The notes under the pieces: model-generated
What the model was told of the DNA's origin: nothing
The model's database searches: none
What the model saw: the letters and a program-made list of their open reading frames with translations, nothing else
Made by a program: the position numbers and the translations under genes
Part shown: one piece after another, positions 46,416 through 56,614 of the stretch
Layout of the letters: each line of letters opens with the position of its first letter
Numbering within the stretch: position 1 is the first letter of the stretch
Assembly (NCBI GenBank): GCA_041163625.1
Contig: JBEARB010000234.1
Span: forward strand, 1 to 61,075
Length of the DNA stretch: 61,075 nucleotides
Origin: Pseudomonadota bacterium
GTDB lineage: Bacteria > Myxococcota_A > UBA9042
Direction: 5' to 3'

Positions 46416-47888
46416 TCAGAAGCGGTAGCCGAGGCCGAGCTCGGCGGAGATCGGGAAGTTCAGGCGGTCGGTGCCGTCGAGTGGCAGAAAATACGTCGAG
46501 ACCGACGCGCGACCGATCAGCAGGAAGCGACGACCGAGCTCCCAGATGCCGACGGTGGCGATGTTCAGGCCGACGAGCACGTCTGCCTCGAGGTTGCTGA
46601 CGGTGGCGTTGTTGCAGAGCGGATGACGCTCACCGAAGAGTTTGCAGTTCGGGTCGGTCGTGGCGATGAAGCTGCCGAGGACGTGCAGATCCAAGCCAGG
46701 CTGCAGCACGAAGCGCAACGGACCGCGCTCGATCGCGAAGCCGACGCCCGCTACGGCGCGGACCGAATTGAAGGCGTGCAGCAGGTCGCGGTACGGGTCC
46801 GACAGGCTGGTGTACATGTTCACCCGCGCGAACCACTCGAAATTCGGACGCAGCTCCACGGCCACGCCGGCCGCGAAGCCCAGGCTGTGGAAGGAGAGCC
46901 GGGTCGGCTGTCGCAGGTACAGGGCGTACGAGGCGGAGGTATCCATCCAGACCGGCCGCTGGCGACGGCGGTTCTGCACCGCGCCGCCGGTCTGCGCCAC
47001 CGGCACGCAGGCGAGCCAACGCGAGACGAAGGGCTCGAGCTGACCCTCGAGCGCGGCGAGCGGAAAGCGCGCTTCGGCCTCGAAGCCTTGGCGTTCGCGT
47101 CGCCACGCGGCGAGCCGAACCTCGAGCGCGCCTTGTTCGTCGCGGACGACGGCGACAGTGACGATGGCGTCGACGTTGAGCCGCCGCGCGAGCGCCAGCA
47201 TCCGCTCGTGCTCGCCGTAGGGACGGCTGTGGTTGCCGGTGCTGAGGTGGTCGGCGAGCGCGGACGACAGCGCCGCCTCGACCTGGGGGCCGAAGAAACG
47301 GGGCCGGAAGCGACGCTCGGGCTGAAGGGCGAAGGCGTCTTTCAGGGCGACGTGGGCGGCGACGGCGTTGCCGGCATCGACCAATGAGACGCCGAGCATG
47401 AAGGCGGCGTCGGCGATCGGCTTGGTCGCCACGATCTCCTGGAAGATCTCCTGGTAGAGCGCGACCGCCCGGCGCAACGACTCGACCGCGCGCGCCGGTG
47501 CCAGACCGAGGTAGTACTCCAGGCCGAGGCGGTAGCGCTCGGCGGCGAGACGGCCGGCGGTGCGGGCGCTGTGGTCGTCCGAGAGGCGTGCGCGGACGCC
47601 GGCGGGATCGAGCAGTTGGACGAAGCCGTGGCCGCGCAGCGCGTCGGCGACGCTCGCTTCGACGCCGGCGACGAGCGAGAGGTGTTCGGGCGACCGCTCG
47701 GGGGCGAAGAGATCCGAGACCTTGCCGAGGACGCTCTTGACCGGGAGCAGCGCGATGCGACGCGGCCGCTTCTGGGCGTCGGCCACGTCGCCCGGCCGCA
47801 AGCTCGCGACGGGGACCGCGGCGGCGGCGAGCGCCGGGCCGAGCACGCCGCAGACCAGCAGGCACAGGGCGGCGAGTCGGAGCTTCAT
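46416..47888 (-). CDS. Secreted protein with TPR-like helices and a probable C-terminal beta-barrel
   Basis: Signal peptide; helical TPR-like middle; alternating beta-strands ending ELGLGYRF. Confidence 0.65.
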   Translation of the reverse strand: MKLRLAALCLLVCGVLGPALAAAAVPVASLRPGDVADAQKRPRRIALLPVKSVLGKVSDLFAPERSPEHLSLVAGVEASVADALRGHGFVQLLDPAGVRARLSDDHSARTAGRLAAERYRLGLEYYLGLAPARAVESLRRAVALYQEIFQEIVATKPIADAAFMLGVSLVDAGNAVAAHVALKDAFALQPERRFRPRFFGPQVEAALSSALADHLSTGNHSRPYGEHERMLALARRLNVDAIVTVAVVRDEQGALEVRLAAWRRERQGFEAEARFPLAALEGQLEPFVSRWLACVPVAQTGGAVQNRRRQRPVWMDTSASYALYLRQPTRLSFHSLGFAAGVAVELRPNFEWFARVNMYTSLSDPYRDLLHAFNSVRAVAGVGFAIERGPLRFVLQPGLDLHVLGSFIATTDPNCKLFGERHPLCNNATVSNLEADVLVGLNIATVGIWELGRRFLLIGRASVSTYFLPLDGTDRLNFPISAELGLGYRF

Positions 47889-48445
47889 CGACCGCTCGCC
47901 ACGTTGCCGGCTTCGGCGCTCGCAGGCGTCTCGCATTGCAGATCGGCGCCGCCGATGGTGGCGAACCGCTCGAGCTGCAACGGCTGTTCCGTGCCGAATA
48001 GCGGCGAAGTCGGTTCCTCGACGCGCAGCGTGCCGTCGAGCAGGTCGCCGTCGAGGGTGAGCTCGGCGCGGACCAACAGCGGCGCCTGCGGGCTCGCGCC
48101 GGGCAGACATCCACGGAGTTGGAAGTCGAGCACCGAGGCGGCCGAGAGCCAGCGACCACGGTGGACGAATGCGCAGGCGCACTCCCGATAGGGTGCGGCG
48201 GCGTCGAGCGGGTCCTCGAAGTCGGGGTCGTGGAAGAAGCGGACCAGGCCGGCGACGTCCGGACCGTAGTGGCCGAGCGAGACCTCGACGAAGACGTCCG
48301 AGTCACCGCCGACGAGCGGTCCGGGCACGGCGCTGGCGCTTCGCCAGATGCCACCGACCTCCGACGAAGACGTGCATGCCGAGGCGAAGGCCGCGAGCAC
48401 CAGCCCGAGCGCGAGGCGCCGCGTCTGCGGCGAGCGCGCGTGCAC
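47885..48445 (-). CDS. Hypothetical lipoprotein
   Basis: Lipobox FASAC; ATGA overlap with the downstream gene. Confidence 0.7.
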   Translation of the reverse strand: MHARSPQTRRLALGLVLAAFASACTSSSEVGGIWRSASAVPGPLVGGDSDVFVEVSLGHYGPDVAGLVRFFHDPDFEDPLDAAAPYRECACAFVHRGRWLSAASVLDFQLRGCLPGASPQAPLLVRAELTLDGDLLDGTLRVEEPTSPLFGTEQPLQLERFATIGGADLQCETPASAEAGNVASGR

Positions 48446-48451
48446 CGGCGG

Positions 48452-49201
48452 CTACTCGACGGGCGCGCAGACGATCTGCACGTTGTCGATGTAGATGCCC
48501 GAGCCGCCGCGCAGTCCGACGACGACGGTGCCGGGCGGACAGATCTGCTCGAAGGGCGTGCCGCCGACGCCACCGGCCGAGGTCAGGTTGATGCGGTTGC
48601 GGCTGACCTTGAACTTGGACTTCCGTCGCTCGAGCTTCTGGATCGTCTCGGTCAGGAGCTTGCCGGTGTAGGGACCGATGCGATCGGCCACGCCGGCGTG
48701 CTCGGCGTCGTAGGCGAAGCCCGCTTTCTCGGCGTATTGGACGATGCGCTTGCCGCCAGGGGCGTTGCCGACGTCGATGGTGGTCAGCGACGCGTCGGTG
48801 CCACCGAGGGGCTCACGCAGGATCGTACCCGCGCCGACGATCGAGACCTCGATCACCGCCTGCGAGGGGTCGAACTTGCTCGGCAGCTCCTTCTGCTTGC
48901 CCAACTTGACGGCGTACTTGCCGTTGTCGACGGAGATCCAATGCGACTCCTTCCACATCGCGCGCTTGCTCTTGGGCTTCTTCAGCTCGAAGCGCATCTG
49001 GAAGATACCGGTCACAGGCTTGCCGTTCTCGTCCTTCAGGCGGCTGTCGAAGTCCAGCACCGTGCGCAGCTTGCGCCCGGAGCGGGCGTCGGCGGGGCGC
49101 GGCGCGAGCAGCCCGGCCACCGCGAGGACGGCGCAGGCGAGCAGGGCCGAGCGCGCCGCGGCAAGTGGGGCGAGCGTCGAGTCGAAGCGGTTGCGAACCA
49201 T
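48452..49201 (-). CDS. Small secreted protein: YQG-like N-domain, short helix, single jacalin-like repeat
   Basis: Signal peptide; FDSRLKDENGKPVTG...F.L...W.E...V.NGKY.V.LG; QYAEKA; C-terminal GGVGGTPF..CPPG.VVVGLRGGSG..IDNVQIVC. Confidence 0.75.
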   Translation of the reverse strand: MVRNRFDSTLAPLAAARSALLACAVLAVAGLLAPRPADARSGRKLRTVLDFDSRLKDENGKPVTGIFQMRFELKKPKSKRAMWKESHWISVDNGKYAVKLGKQKELPSKFDPSQAVIEVSIVGAGTILREPLGGTDASLTTIDVGNAPGGKRIVQYAEKAGFAYDAEHAGVADRIGPYTGKLLTETIQKLERRKSKFKVSRNRINLTSAGGVGGTPFEQICPPGTVVVGLRGGSGIYIDNVQIVCAPVE

Positions 49202-49250
49202 ATCACGTCTCCATCGCGGCAGCGCCGCGCGGTGCCTCTGTAGCAGAAAG

Positions 49251-50720
49251 TCAGGGCTGCTGCACGCCGCCGTCGATCCACATCCACAGCGCGTCGCCGA
49301 CCCGCCGTGTGCCGACGAGCGCGGGGCTCCCGGGTGGCAACGCCAGCGGGCCGTCGAAGATTCCCCCGAGCACGGCACGCAGCAACGGCAGCAGCACCGT
49401 GGGCGACACCGTCCCCAATGGCACGAGCGGGCTGTCGACGCCGACGCTCTCGAGCTCGACGGCGCTGGTCTCCAGGCTCCAGGCGTCGCCGACGCCACGC
49501 AGGCGCACGCGCATCCGCAGCGAGCCGGCCACCCGCAACACGGCGAGCTCCACGCCGTCGACCGGGGCGGCGACCTCGACCAAGGCGTCGGGTAGGACCC
49601 ACTCCAGATCGGCCGCGCCGTCGCCGTCCAAGACCCGCAGTGTCGGCGCGCCGCCGGGCCAGAACCGCGCGGAGACCGAGCCGGGCTGCACCAAGGCACC
49701 GAGCGAGGGCGCGATCTTGGTCGCCCAATCCGGACCGAGCCGCGCCTCGAGACCCGTGCTCGCACCGCGGCACAGCCAACCACCGCGATGCAGCGCCCAA
49801 CCCAGCCTCGCGAGCGCGCCGCCACCGAGGACCACCGAGCGGCGGAGCACCGAGGCACCAGCGGGCTCGAGCGGCACCTGCGCGGGCAGGAGCCAGGGGC
49901 CGGCCGACGGCGGCGCGGCGTCGACGGCGCAGGCGTGGCGAGGGGCGTCTAGGCCGACGTCGAGGGCGGCCTGCAAGTAGGCGCCGTTGTGGGCGACCAG
50001 CCCGCTGGCGCCGACCGGCTGGTAGCGGGCGTCACCGTGCAGCGTCGCGCCGGCGGAGGTGGTCTGCAGCGCGAACTCCCAGCCGGGCGGCAGGACGGTG
50101 GCGACGACGTCGCGCGCCGCGTCGGTCAACTTCGGACCGAGCCCGCCGCGCACCGCCTCGCGGACGTGGGCGAGGATCGCTGCGGTCGCGGTGGCGCCGG
50201 CCGCGGCGAAGCAGCCGCCGTCGTCCTCGAGGGTCGCGGCATCGAGCTGCAGGCTCGGAGGCGCGGCGAGGTGGACGGTCACGGTGCCGAGCGGATCGCG
50301 GGCGAAGCGAAGGTCGACACCGAGCGAGAGCCCTGAGGCGGCCCAGGTCGCGGAGCAGGCAGCGCCGGCGCCCTGCAGCACCAGCGGCTGTGGCGTCACC
50401 GTCAGCGCAACGGCGATCTGCAAGCCGCCGTCGGCGTCGATGCCGACCGAGCCGGGCCCGACGGCGACCCCGATCGTGGTGGCCGCCACGCTGCCGGCTT
50501 CGCCGACCTCGAGCGGGGCGACGCTGACCTCGTGCGTCTTGCCGAAGCGCAGGCGAACCGCGGCGGCGACGCCCTGTAGGTGGGCGTTGCTCAAGACGAC
50601 GCGGGCGCCGGCAGGGCTGACGCGGTCGGCCGGAATCGGCGTGGCGAGCGGCTCGACCTGACCGCAGCTCACGAGCGTGAGCGCGACGACGGCGGCGGCC
50701 AGCGGCGGCCAGCGGCTCAT
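49251..50720 (-). CDS. Hypothetical lipoprotein (long beta-rich, possibly LBP/BPI-like)
   Basis: Lipobox LVSC; fold guess only. Confidence 0.65.
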   Translation of the reverse strand: MSRWPPLAAAVVALTLVSCGQVEPLATPIPADRVSPAGARVVLSNAHLQGVAAAVRLRFGKTHEVSVAPLEVGEAGSVAATTIGVAVGPGSVGIDADGGLQIAVALTVTPQPLVLQGAGAACSATWAASGLSLGVDLRFARDPLGTVTVHLAAPPSLQLDAATLEDDGGCFAAAGATATAAILAHVREAVRGGLGPKLTDAARDVVATVLPPGWEFALQTTSAGATLHGDARYQPVGASGLVAHNGAYLQAALDVGLDAPRHACAVDAAPPSAGPWLLPAQVPLEPAGASVLRRSVVLGGGALARLGWALHRGGWLCRGASTGLEARLGPDWATKIAPSLGALVQPGSVSARFWPGGAPTLRVLDGDGAADLEWVLPDALVEVAAPVDGVELAVLRVAGSLRMRVRLRGVGDAWSLETSAVELESVGVDSPLVPLGTVSPTVLLPLLRAVLGGIFDGPLALPPGSPALVGTRRVGDALWMWIDGGVQQP

Positions 50721-51973
50721 TCGGCCCCCCCGAGCGGCGTCCATCGAAGCTCGGCAACCCGCCCCCCAGGCTGCTCGCCGTCGAGCTCCAGCCACGCCAG
50801 GAGCAGACTTCCGTCGGCCTGCGCGAGCAGTCGCGGACGCAGCTGCGGGCGGTTGGTCGCCGGCAGGTCGACCTCCTGCAACTGACCGTTGCTGGCCTCC
50901 ACGGCGAGGCGAAGGCGGGCCCGGGAGGCGTCTTGCCACGCCACGGCCAAGCCACCGCCGGCCATGCGGACGACGTCCAGGGCAGTACCGACGAGGTCGC
51001 GCCGGACCACGCCGGTCAGCGCGTCGGTGTACGCGCCGTCGTCGACCAAGCTGTCGGCGGCCGCGCCCGCCGCCGAACGCAGCAGGCGCACCGAATTCGC
51101 GCTGCGATCACGGTACGCGACGACGAGACCGCCCTTGGTGTCGCGGGCCAGCGCGCACGGCCGCCCCGCGTCGCCCGCGTCGGTCGTGCCGTCGGCCGCG
51201 CGTCCGACCAGCCGGCTCGCGACCCAAGCCGCGGTGCGAGTGGCGATGACGAGGTCGCCGCCTCCGGGCTCGTAGAAGGCCAGGGTCAGGCTGCCGGCCT
51301 GCGCGGAGGCGACCAGGGTGCCGCCGACGCGGGCGACCTTGCCGTCCACGTCCGGTGGCAGCGGCACCTCCTCGGCGGTCCAGGTGCCGTCGTTGGCGCG
51401 GGCGGTCGAGAACAGGCGACCGGTGCCGATCTCGTCGAAGGCCACGGTCGGTACGCCGTTCCACAGTGCGAGCGCGAGGCGGTCGCCTGGTCGATGCGGC
51501 GCGATCGCGGTGACGCGCTCACGAAGCCACGTGCCGCCCTCGCGTCGACCGTACCAGAGCGAGCCGTCGCTGCGGCGAACCCAGGCGACGTGCACGACGC
51601 CCGCTTCGTCGGCGACCGCATCGACGACGTCGCCGGCGGGGAGGCCGTCGTCGGTGGCCTCGCCCGCGACGAAGCTGACGGAGACCTCGTCGCCGGCGTG
51701 CTCGATGTACGCGACGCTCCGGCGAGCCGGCGAGTAGCCGACGATGGCGTGGCGATCGGCCCCCAAGCCCAACAGCGCGTATCGCCCAGAGAGCCGCGGC
51801 GTGGCGTCCGCCGCCGCGGGGGCATCGACGCAGCGGCCGGTGTCGCCATCACAGACCATCCCGATCGGGCACAGGCCTGCCTCACAGCGCACCGACTCGC
51901 TGCATGCCAGGGCGCCGATGGAGAATGCCAACAGCAGCGAGAACGGGCGGAGGCGGTGGAGCGGCGGGCGCAC
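50717..51973 (-). CDS. Hypothetical lipoprotein with a Cys knuckle and beta-propeller-like repeats
   Basis: Lipobox ALAC; CPIGMVCD..TGRC; repeated V[AV][WFY]...L.[YLF]...W blades; start approximate. Confidence 0.7.
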   Translation of the reverse strand: MRPPLHRLRPFSLLLAFSIGALACSESVRCEAGLCPIGMVCDGDTGRCVDAPAAADATPRLSGRYALLGLGADRHAIVGYSPARRSVAYIEHAGDEVSVSFVAGEATDDGLPAGDVVDAVADEAGVVHVAWVRRSDGSLWYGRREGGTWLRERVTAIAPHRPGDRLALALWNGVPTVAFDEIGTGRLFSTARANDGTWTAEEVPLPPDVDGKVARVGGTLVASAQAGSLTLAFYEPGGGDLVIATRTAAWVASRLVGRAADGTTDAGDAGRPCALARDTKGGLVVAYRDRSANSVRLLRSAAGAAADSLVDDGAYTDALTGVVRRDLVGTALDVVRMAGGGLAVAWQDASRARLRLAVEASNGQLQEVDLPATNRPQLRPRLLAQADGSLLLAWLELDGEQPGGRVAELRWTPLGGAE

Positions 51974-52097
51974 GCCGGCAGCATGGCCGAGCCCACGCGG
52001 GCGGCGCAAGTCCGCTGCAAGGTCAGCTTGTGGCGCGCCACGCAGCCTGTGGTATGAAGGTCACGAAGCGACGCGCATCGGCGCGTGGAGGCAGACC

Positions 52098-52682
52098 ATG
52101 ACGAGTCCCGCCGCGACCGGCGACGAAGCGCTGGTCGATGCACTGCGACGCATCAAGCTGTTCCGCGGTGTCAACGTCAACGATAGTATCGTGTTGCTGG
52201 GCGCGATGCGCCGAATGTCGCTGCGTTCGGGCGAGCGCATCTTCGCGCAGGGCGAGACGGGCGACACGATGGTCGTCGTGATGGACGGCATCCTCCGCGT
52301 CGAGGTCACCGATCTCGGAGGCAACGTCGCCACGGTCGGCAAGGTCGAGGCGGGCGAAGTCGTCGGCGAGATGGCCGTCATCGACCCTGCCCCGCGCTCG
52401 GCGACGGTGGTGGCGGCGACGGACTGCGAAGTGCTCGAGTTGTCGCGCGCGGACCTGATGGGCCTCCGTCGTCGTGCGCCGAGCGCGTCGGCGGCGATCG
52501 TCGGTGGCATCATCGGCGACGTGACGCGCCGCCTCCGCAACGTGAACAAGCGCATCGACACCGAGCTCGACCCGAACAGCGGCGCCGGCCGCGACAAGGG
52601 CAAGGTCGCGCTGCAGTCGGGCCAGAACCAAGACCCGACCGAGACGTTCTTCGGACGAATCTTCGGCAAGCTGCGGCGCTAG
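52098..52682 (+). CDS. Stand-alone cyclic nucleotide-binding domain protein
   Basis: IFAQGETGD, GEMAV..PRSATV; no Crp HTH; GGAGG RBS. Confidence 0.88.
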   Translation: MTSPAATGDEALVDALRRIKLFRGVNVNDSIVLLGAMRRMSLRSGERIFAQGETGDTMVVVMDGILRVEVTDLGGNVATVGKVEAGEVVGEMAVIDPAPRSATVVAATDCEVLELSRADLMGLRRRAPSASAAIVGGIIGDVTRRLRNVNKRIDTELDPNSGAGRDKGKVALQSGQNQDPTETFFGRIFGKLRR

Positions 52683-52691
52683 GGAGGGGAC

Positions 52692-53309
52692 GTGGCGACG
52701 ATCAACCTGCGTTCGCTCGATGCGCTGCGTGATTACTCCAACGCGGAGCTGAAGCTGCTCGGCGCGGTCGCTCCGGCCCGGGAGTACCAACCGGGCGACG
52801 CGCTCTGCACCGAGGGCCACGCCGGGCAATCGTGCTTCTTGGTGGCATCCGGCCAAGTCGACGTGGTCAAGCAGATCGACGGCGAGGACAAGAGCCTCGC
52901 CACCCTGCGCGCGGGCTCGATCGTCGGCCAGATGGCGCTCGTCGACCGCTCGCCGCGTTCGGCCACGGTGCGCGCGGGCAGCTACACGATCGCGCTCGAG
53001 CTCAACCGCGAGGTCTTCGAGCGCCTGCTCGCGGCCCACAGTCCGCTGGCGCTCCGGTTCCAGCACCAGATCGCGGTGGCGGGCGTGCGCCAGCTGCGGA
53101 TGGCGACCGGCAAGCTCGCCGAGATCCTCAACGCGAGGCCGGCGGCGCCGACGGCGCCCGAACCCGACCCGGTGCGCAAACGCGAGACGTTGCTCACCGT
53201 GCAAGCCGCGCTCAGCGAGTGGGAGATGTCGCTCGAAGAGCTCGACAAGGTCCAGGTCTCGGTGCCGCGCGGCCAGATCGGCGCGACCGAGACGAAGGGA
53301 CGCCGCTAG
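52692..53309 (+). CDS. Stand-alone cyclic nucleotide-binding domain protein
   Basis: EGHAG, GQMALV..PRSATV; GGAGG RBS. Confidence 0.85.
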   Translation: MATINLRSLDALRDYSNAELKLLGAVAPAREYQPGDALCTEGHAGQSCFLVASGQVDVVKQIDGEDKSLATLRAGSIVGQMALVDRSPRSATVRAGSYTIALELNREVFERLLAAHSPLALRFQHQIAVAGVRQLRMATGKLAEILNARPAAPTAPEPDPVRKRETLLTVQAALSEWEMSLEELDKVQVSVPRGQIGATETKGRR

Positions 53310-53339
53310 CGCCAACGCGAGCAGCCACCCGCCGCGCGA

Positions 53340-53621
53340 TCACGCCTCGGCGGGCTCTGCGCAGGCGCCACAGCCACTCGGCGGACAGGACGCAGCAGGC
53401 GCGGCCTCTTTCTTCGCCGTATGGGTGCCGGTGCGGCCCGAGCCGCCGTAGTCCGAGGCGTACCAGCCGCCGCCCTTGAGGTGGAAGGTGCCGCCGGAGA
53501 TCAGGCGCTTGGTCTCGACGCTCTGGCAGCTCGGGCAGGTGGCCTTGGGCTCGGCGCTGATACGCTGGAAGACTTCGAAGACATTGCCGCATTTCTCGCA
53601 GCGGTAGTCGTAGGACGGCAT
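53340..53621 (-). CDS. FmdB-family zinc-ribbon regulatory protein
   Basis: MPSYDYRCEKCG..FEV...CPSC...LIS..F.LKGGGWY.SDY. Confidence 0.92.
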   Translation of the reverse strand: MPSYDYRCEKCGNVFEVFQRISAEPKATCPSCQSVETKRLISGGTFHLKGGGWYASDYGGSGRTGTHTAKKEAAPAASCPPSGCGACAEPAEA

Positions 53622-53810
53622 CTCGTGGCTCCCGTGCGCGGGCCGGGGCGCCCGCGTGCTGCAAGGCAAGGATGATCGCGCGCGGCTGTCAATGGAAGCA
53701 CGGATCGGATGCGCTGCTCGTGCGTCGGAAGTTTTGAGCGCCCGCAGGCGACGTGTTAGCGTCTGGGCGCGCCGGCGCCGCCCGCTGCGCTCTCGCGAGG
53801 TGCTACCCCC

Positions 53811-55505
53811 ATGCGCGTTTGCCCCCGTTGCGGCCTGGAAACCGATGCCGCTGCCTGCCCCGACGACGGCGCCACGACCGTCCCGATCGCTTCGGCGGCG
53901 GCGACCTACCCCTCCGGCACCGTCATCGACGAGCGCTATCGCATCGACTCGGTGCTGGGTATCGGCGGCTTCGGCGCGGTCTACAAAGGCACGCAGCTCG
54001 CGATGGACCAAGTCGTCGCGATCAAGGTGCTGAAGAACGAGCACATCGCCAGCGAGGAGCACGTCAAGCGCTTCGCGCGCGAGGCCAAGGCGGCGAGCAA
54101 GCTGCGGCATCCCAATACGATCCGCATCTTCGACTTCGGCAGCCACACCGATCACGCGCTCTATCTGGCGATGGAATTCCTCGAGGGCGACACGCTCGCC
54201 GCGCGCCTGGACCGCGACAGCCTGCTGAGCGCCGAGCAGGTCGGCCACATCATCAGCCAGGTCTGCCACTCGCTCACCGAAGCGCACGAGCACGGCATCA
54301 TCCACCGCGACCTGAAGCCGGAGAACATCATGTTGCTCTCGGTGCCGGGCGTGGACGACTTCGTGAAGGTGCTCGACTTCGGCATCGCCGCGACGCTCGC
54401 CGAGTCCGGCGACAACGACGAGAAGCTCACCGAGATGGGCATGATCATGGGCACGCCTACGTACATGTCGCCGGAGCAGGCGTTGGGCAAGCCGCTCGAC
54501 GCGCGCTCGGACATCTACGCGCTCGGCGTGCTGATGTACGAGGCGCTCACCGGCAAGGTGCCCTTCGAGGGCGATCAGCCGATGAACGTGCTCGTGCGGC
54601 ACATCAACGATCCGCCGGTCGAGCCGAACAAGTGCAACCCGGACGCGAACATCCCCGCCGCGCTCGAACGCCTCGTGCTGCGGTGCCTGGAGAAGGACCC
54701 GCGTCATCGACCGCAGACCACCGCGGAGCTCGCCGGCGAGATCGAGCGGGCGCTGCAGAACCCCGAAGGCGTGCTGCGGCGCGGTGCCGCGGAGGTCGGC
54801 GCGCAAGACGCCGTCGCCACCACCGCCGTGCCGGGTCTCCACGACGAGCCGGTCCATCCGGTGACGAGCGCCGTCTCGGCGCCGACGCGGCACCCCTCGA
54901 CCGACCATGCGGCCGCCTACGAGGGCGAGTCGAGTAAGGGCCGTGGGCTGTGGCTCGGGCTCGGGGCGCTGGCGATCGTGGCCGTCGTCGCGGGCGTCGT
55001 CGCCATCGCGGTACCGCCGGCCGAGTCTCCGACCAATCCGCCGGTCGAGACGCCTCAGCCGGCGGCGGCACGTGTCGTCGAAGACGCCGACGCCGCAGCG
55101 GCACCCGCGCCGACCGTCGACGCCGGCTCCGCCGCGGCCGAGCCGGACACCGCCGCCGTGGCCGAGTCGGCCGACACTGCCGCCCCCCCGGCGACGGACG
55201 TCGCCGCCGCGGCTGCCGCGGCCCCAGACGCCGCCGCTGCGGTCGTCGACAAGGGCACCGAGCCCAGCGCGCCGAAGGCCGCCGACGCCGGCTCGCGCCG
55301 CCCGGAGCGCAACCACTCCGCAGGCCGCGCCGGGCCGCGTCACGCCGACGCGCACGCCAAGACCGCCGGGACGGAAGGCACCACCGGCGCCAAGGTCGAG
55401 CCAGCCGTCGAACCGAAGCCAGAGCCGAAGGTCGCTCCCAAGGCCGAGCCCAAGCCCACGAGCAAGAACCCGGGCAGCCGGGACGACTTCCGACTCCCGG
55501 AGTAG
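53811..55505 (+). CDS. Membrane-anchored Hanks-type Ser/Thr protein kinase
   Basis: CPRC..CPDDG knuckle, LGIGGFGAVY, VAIK, HRDLKPEN, DFG, GTPTYMSPEQ, TM helix, Ala/Pro-rich tail. Confidence 0.95.
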   Translation: MRVCPRCGLETDAAACPDDGATTVPIASAAATYPSGTVIDERYRIDSVLGIGGFGAVYKGTQLAMDQVVAIKVLKNEHIASEEHVKRFAREAKAASKLRHPNTIRIFDFGSHTDHALYLAMEFLEGDTLAARLDRDSLLSAEQVGHIISQVCHSLTEAHEHGIIHRDLKPENIMLLSVPGVDDFVKVLDFGIAATLAESGDNDEKLTEMGMIMGTPTYMSPEQALGKPLDARSDIYALGVLMYEALTGKVPFEGDQPMNVLVRHINDPPVEPNKCNPDANIPAALERLVLRCLEKDPRHRPQTTAELAGEIERALQNPEGVLRRGAAEVGAQDAVATTAVPGLHDEPVHPVTSAVSAPTRHPSTDHAAAYEGESSKGRGLWLGLGALAIVAVVAGVVAIAVPPAESPTNPPVETPQPAAARVVEDADAAAAPAPTVDAGSAAAEPDTAAVAESADTAAPPATDVAAAAAAAPDAAAAVVDKGTEPSAPKAADAGSRRPERNHSAGRAGPRHADAHAKTAGTEGTTGAKVEPAVEPKPEPKVAPKAEPKPTSKNPGSRDDFRLPE

Positions 55506-55594
55506 GTCTCAGGAGTCGGCGCATTCCTTGACGCCTTCACCGTTCCGCGCGAAACCGACGGGACGGGCAACAACGCCCCCGCGAAGGACGTGCG

Positions 55595-56614
55595 ATGCGC
55601 TGGATCTCGTGTCTGTTGGCCGTCTCGATGGTGCTGACGCCGGTTTCCTCGGTGTGGGCCGGTCCGCAGCTCTCGGCCGAGGATGCCGACGCGCGTCGCC
55701 GCGCGCTCGACGTCTTCAAGCAGGGCCGCACCGCCTACAAAGCGGGCGACTACGACGCTGCGCTGCGCTTCTTCCGGCAGGCCCAGGCGATCTATCAGCA
55801 CGAGGCATTGATCATCCTCGCGTTGGCCAAGACGCTGGACAAAGCCGGGGATGGCGAGCGCGCGCTCTCCTACTACCGTCTGTTCCTGAAGGAAGCACCG
55901 GAGAACGACCCGGATCGCGGCTCGACCGTGCAGCGCATCGCCGCGCTCGAGGCCGAGCTCGCCGCACGCCCGGGCTTCGTCGTGCTGCAGAACCTGCCTT
56001 CCGGCGCAGAGGTGACGGTCGACGGCAAGGCCGCGGCGATCGACCACCGCGCCGGCATCAAGCTCGCCGCCGGCACCTACAAGGTCGCGGTGCGGATGAA
56101 GAATCGCCTGCCCTTCGAGCGGACGGTCGAGGTCACCGCCGGGCGAGAGACCAAGATCGACGTCGTGCTGCTCGAGCCGGTCGACCCCTCCAAGCTCCCG
56201 CGTGACTACCGCTGGACCTGGATCACCGGCGGCCTCGCTGCGGCGAGCCTGCTCACGACCGGCGTGCTCGCGGTGCGGGGCTCCTCGTTGCGCAACGACT
56301 ACGGCGTGCTCTTCGACGAGGCCTCCGGACGCGCGACCGAGACCGGACGCAAGCGCTACGACTGCCCGCCGACCGCGACCAAGGACGAGGACTGCCCGGA
56401 GTTGGTCGCCGAGGGCGAGCGCCTGCGCAGCGACATCATCAGCAACGACACGCTGACGGCCTCGTTCGGCATCGCCACCGGCGCGCTGGCCATCGGCACG
56501 CTGGTCGCGTGGCTGGCGGCGCCGGTCAAGCAGCCCGCCGAGGGCAGCACCGTGACGTGGACCCCGCAATTCGGGCCACGCAGCGCGGGCATGACGCTAT
56601 CGCTTCGATTCTGA
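55595..56614 (+). CDS. TPR + PEGA domain protein
   Basis: Signal peptide, TPR helices, PSGAEVTVDG...AGTY PEGA motif, C-terminal hydrophobic helices ending LSLRF. Confidence 0.85.
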   Translation: MRWISCLLAVSMVLTPVSSVWAGPQLSAEDADARRRALDVFKQGRTAYKAGDYDAALRFFRQAQAIYQHEALIILALAKTLDKAGDGERALSYYRLFLKEAPENDPDRGSTVQRIAALEAELAARPGFVVLQNLPSGAEVTVDGKAAAIDHRAGIKLAAGTYKVAVRMKNRLPFERTVEVTAGRETKIDVVLLEPVDPSKLPRDYRWTWITGGLAAASLLTTGVLAVRGSSLRNDYGVLFDEASGRATETGRKRYDCPPTATKDEDCPELVAEGERLRSDIISNDTLTASFGIATGALAIGTLVAWLAAPVKQPAEGSTVTWTPQFGPRSAGMTLSLRF

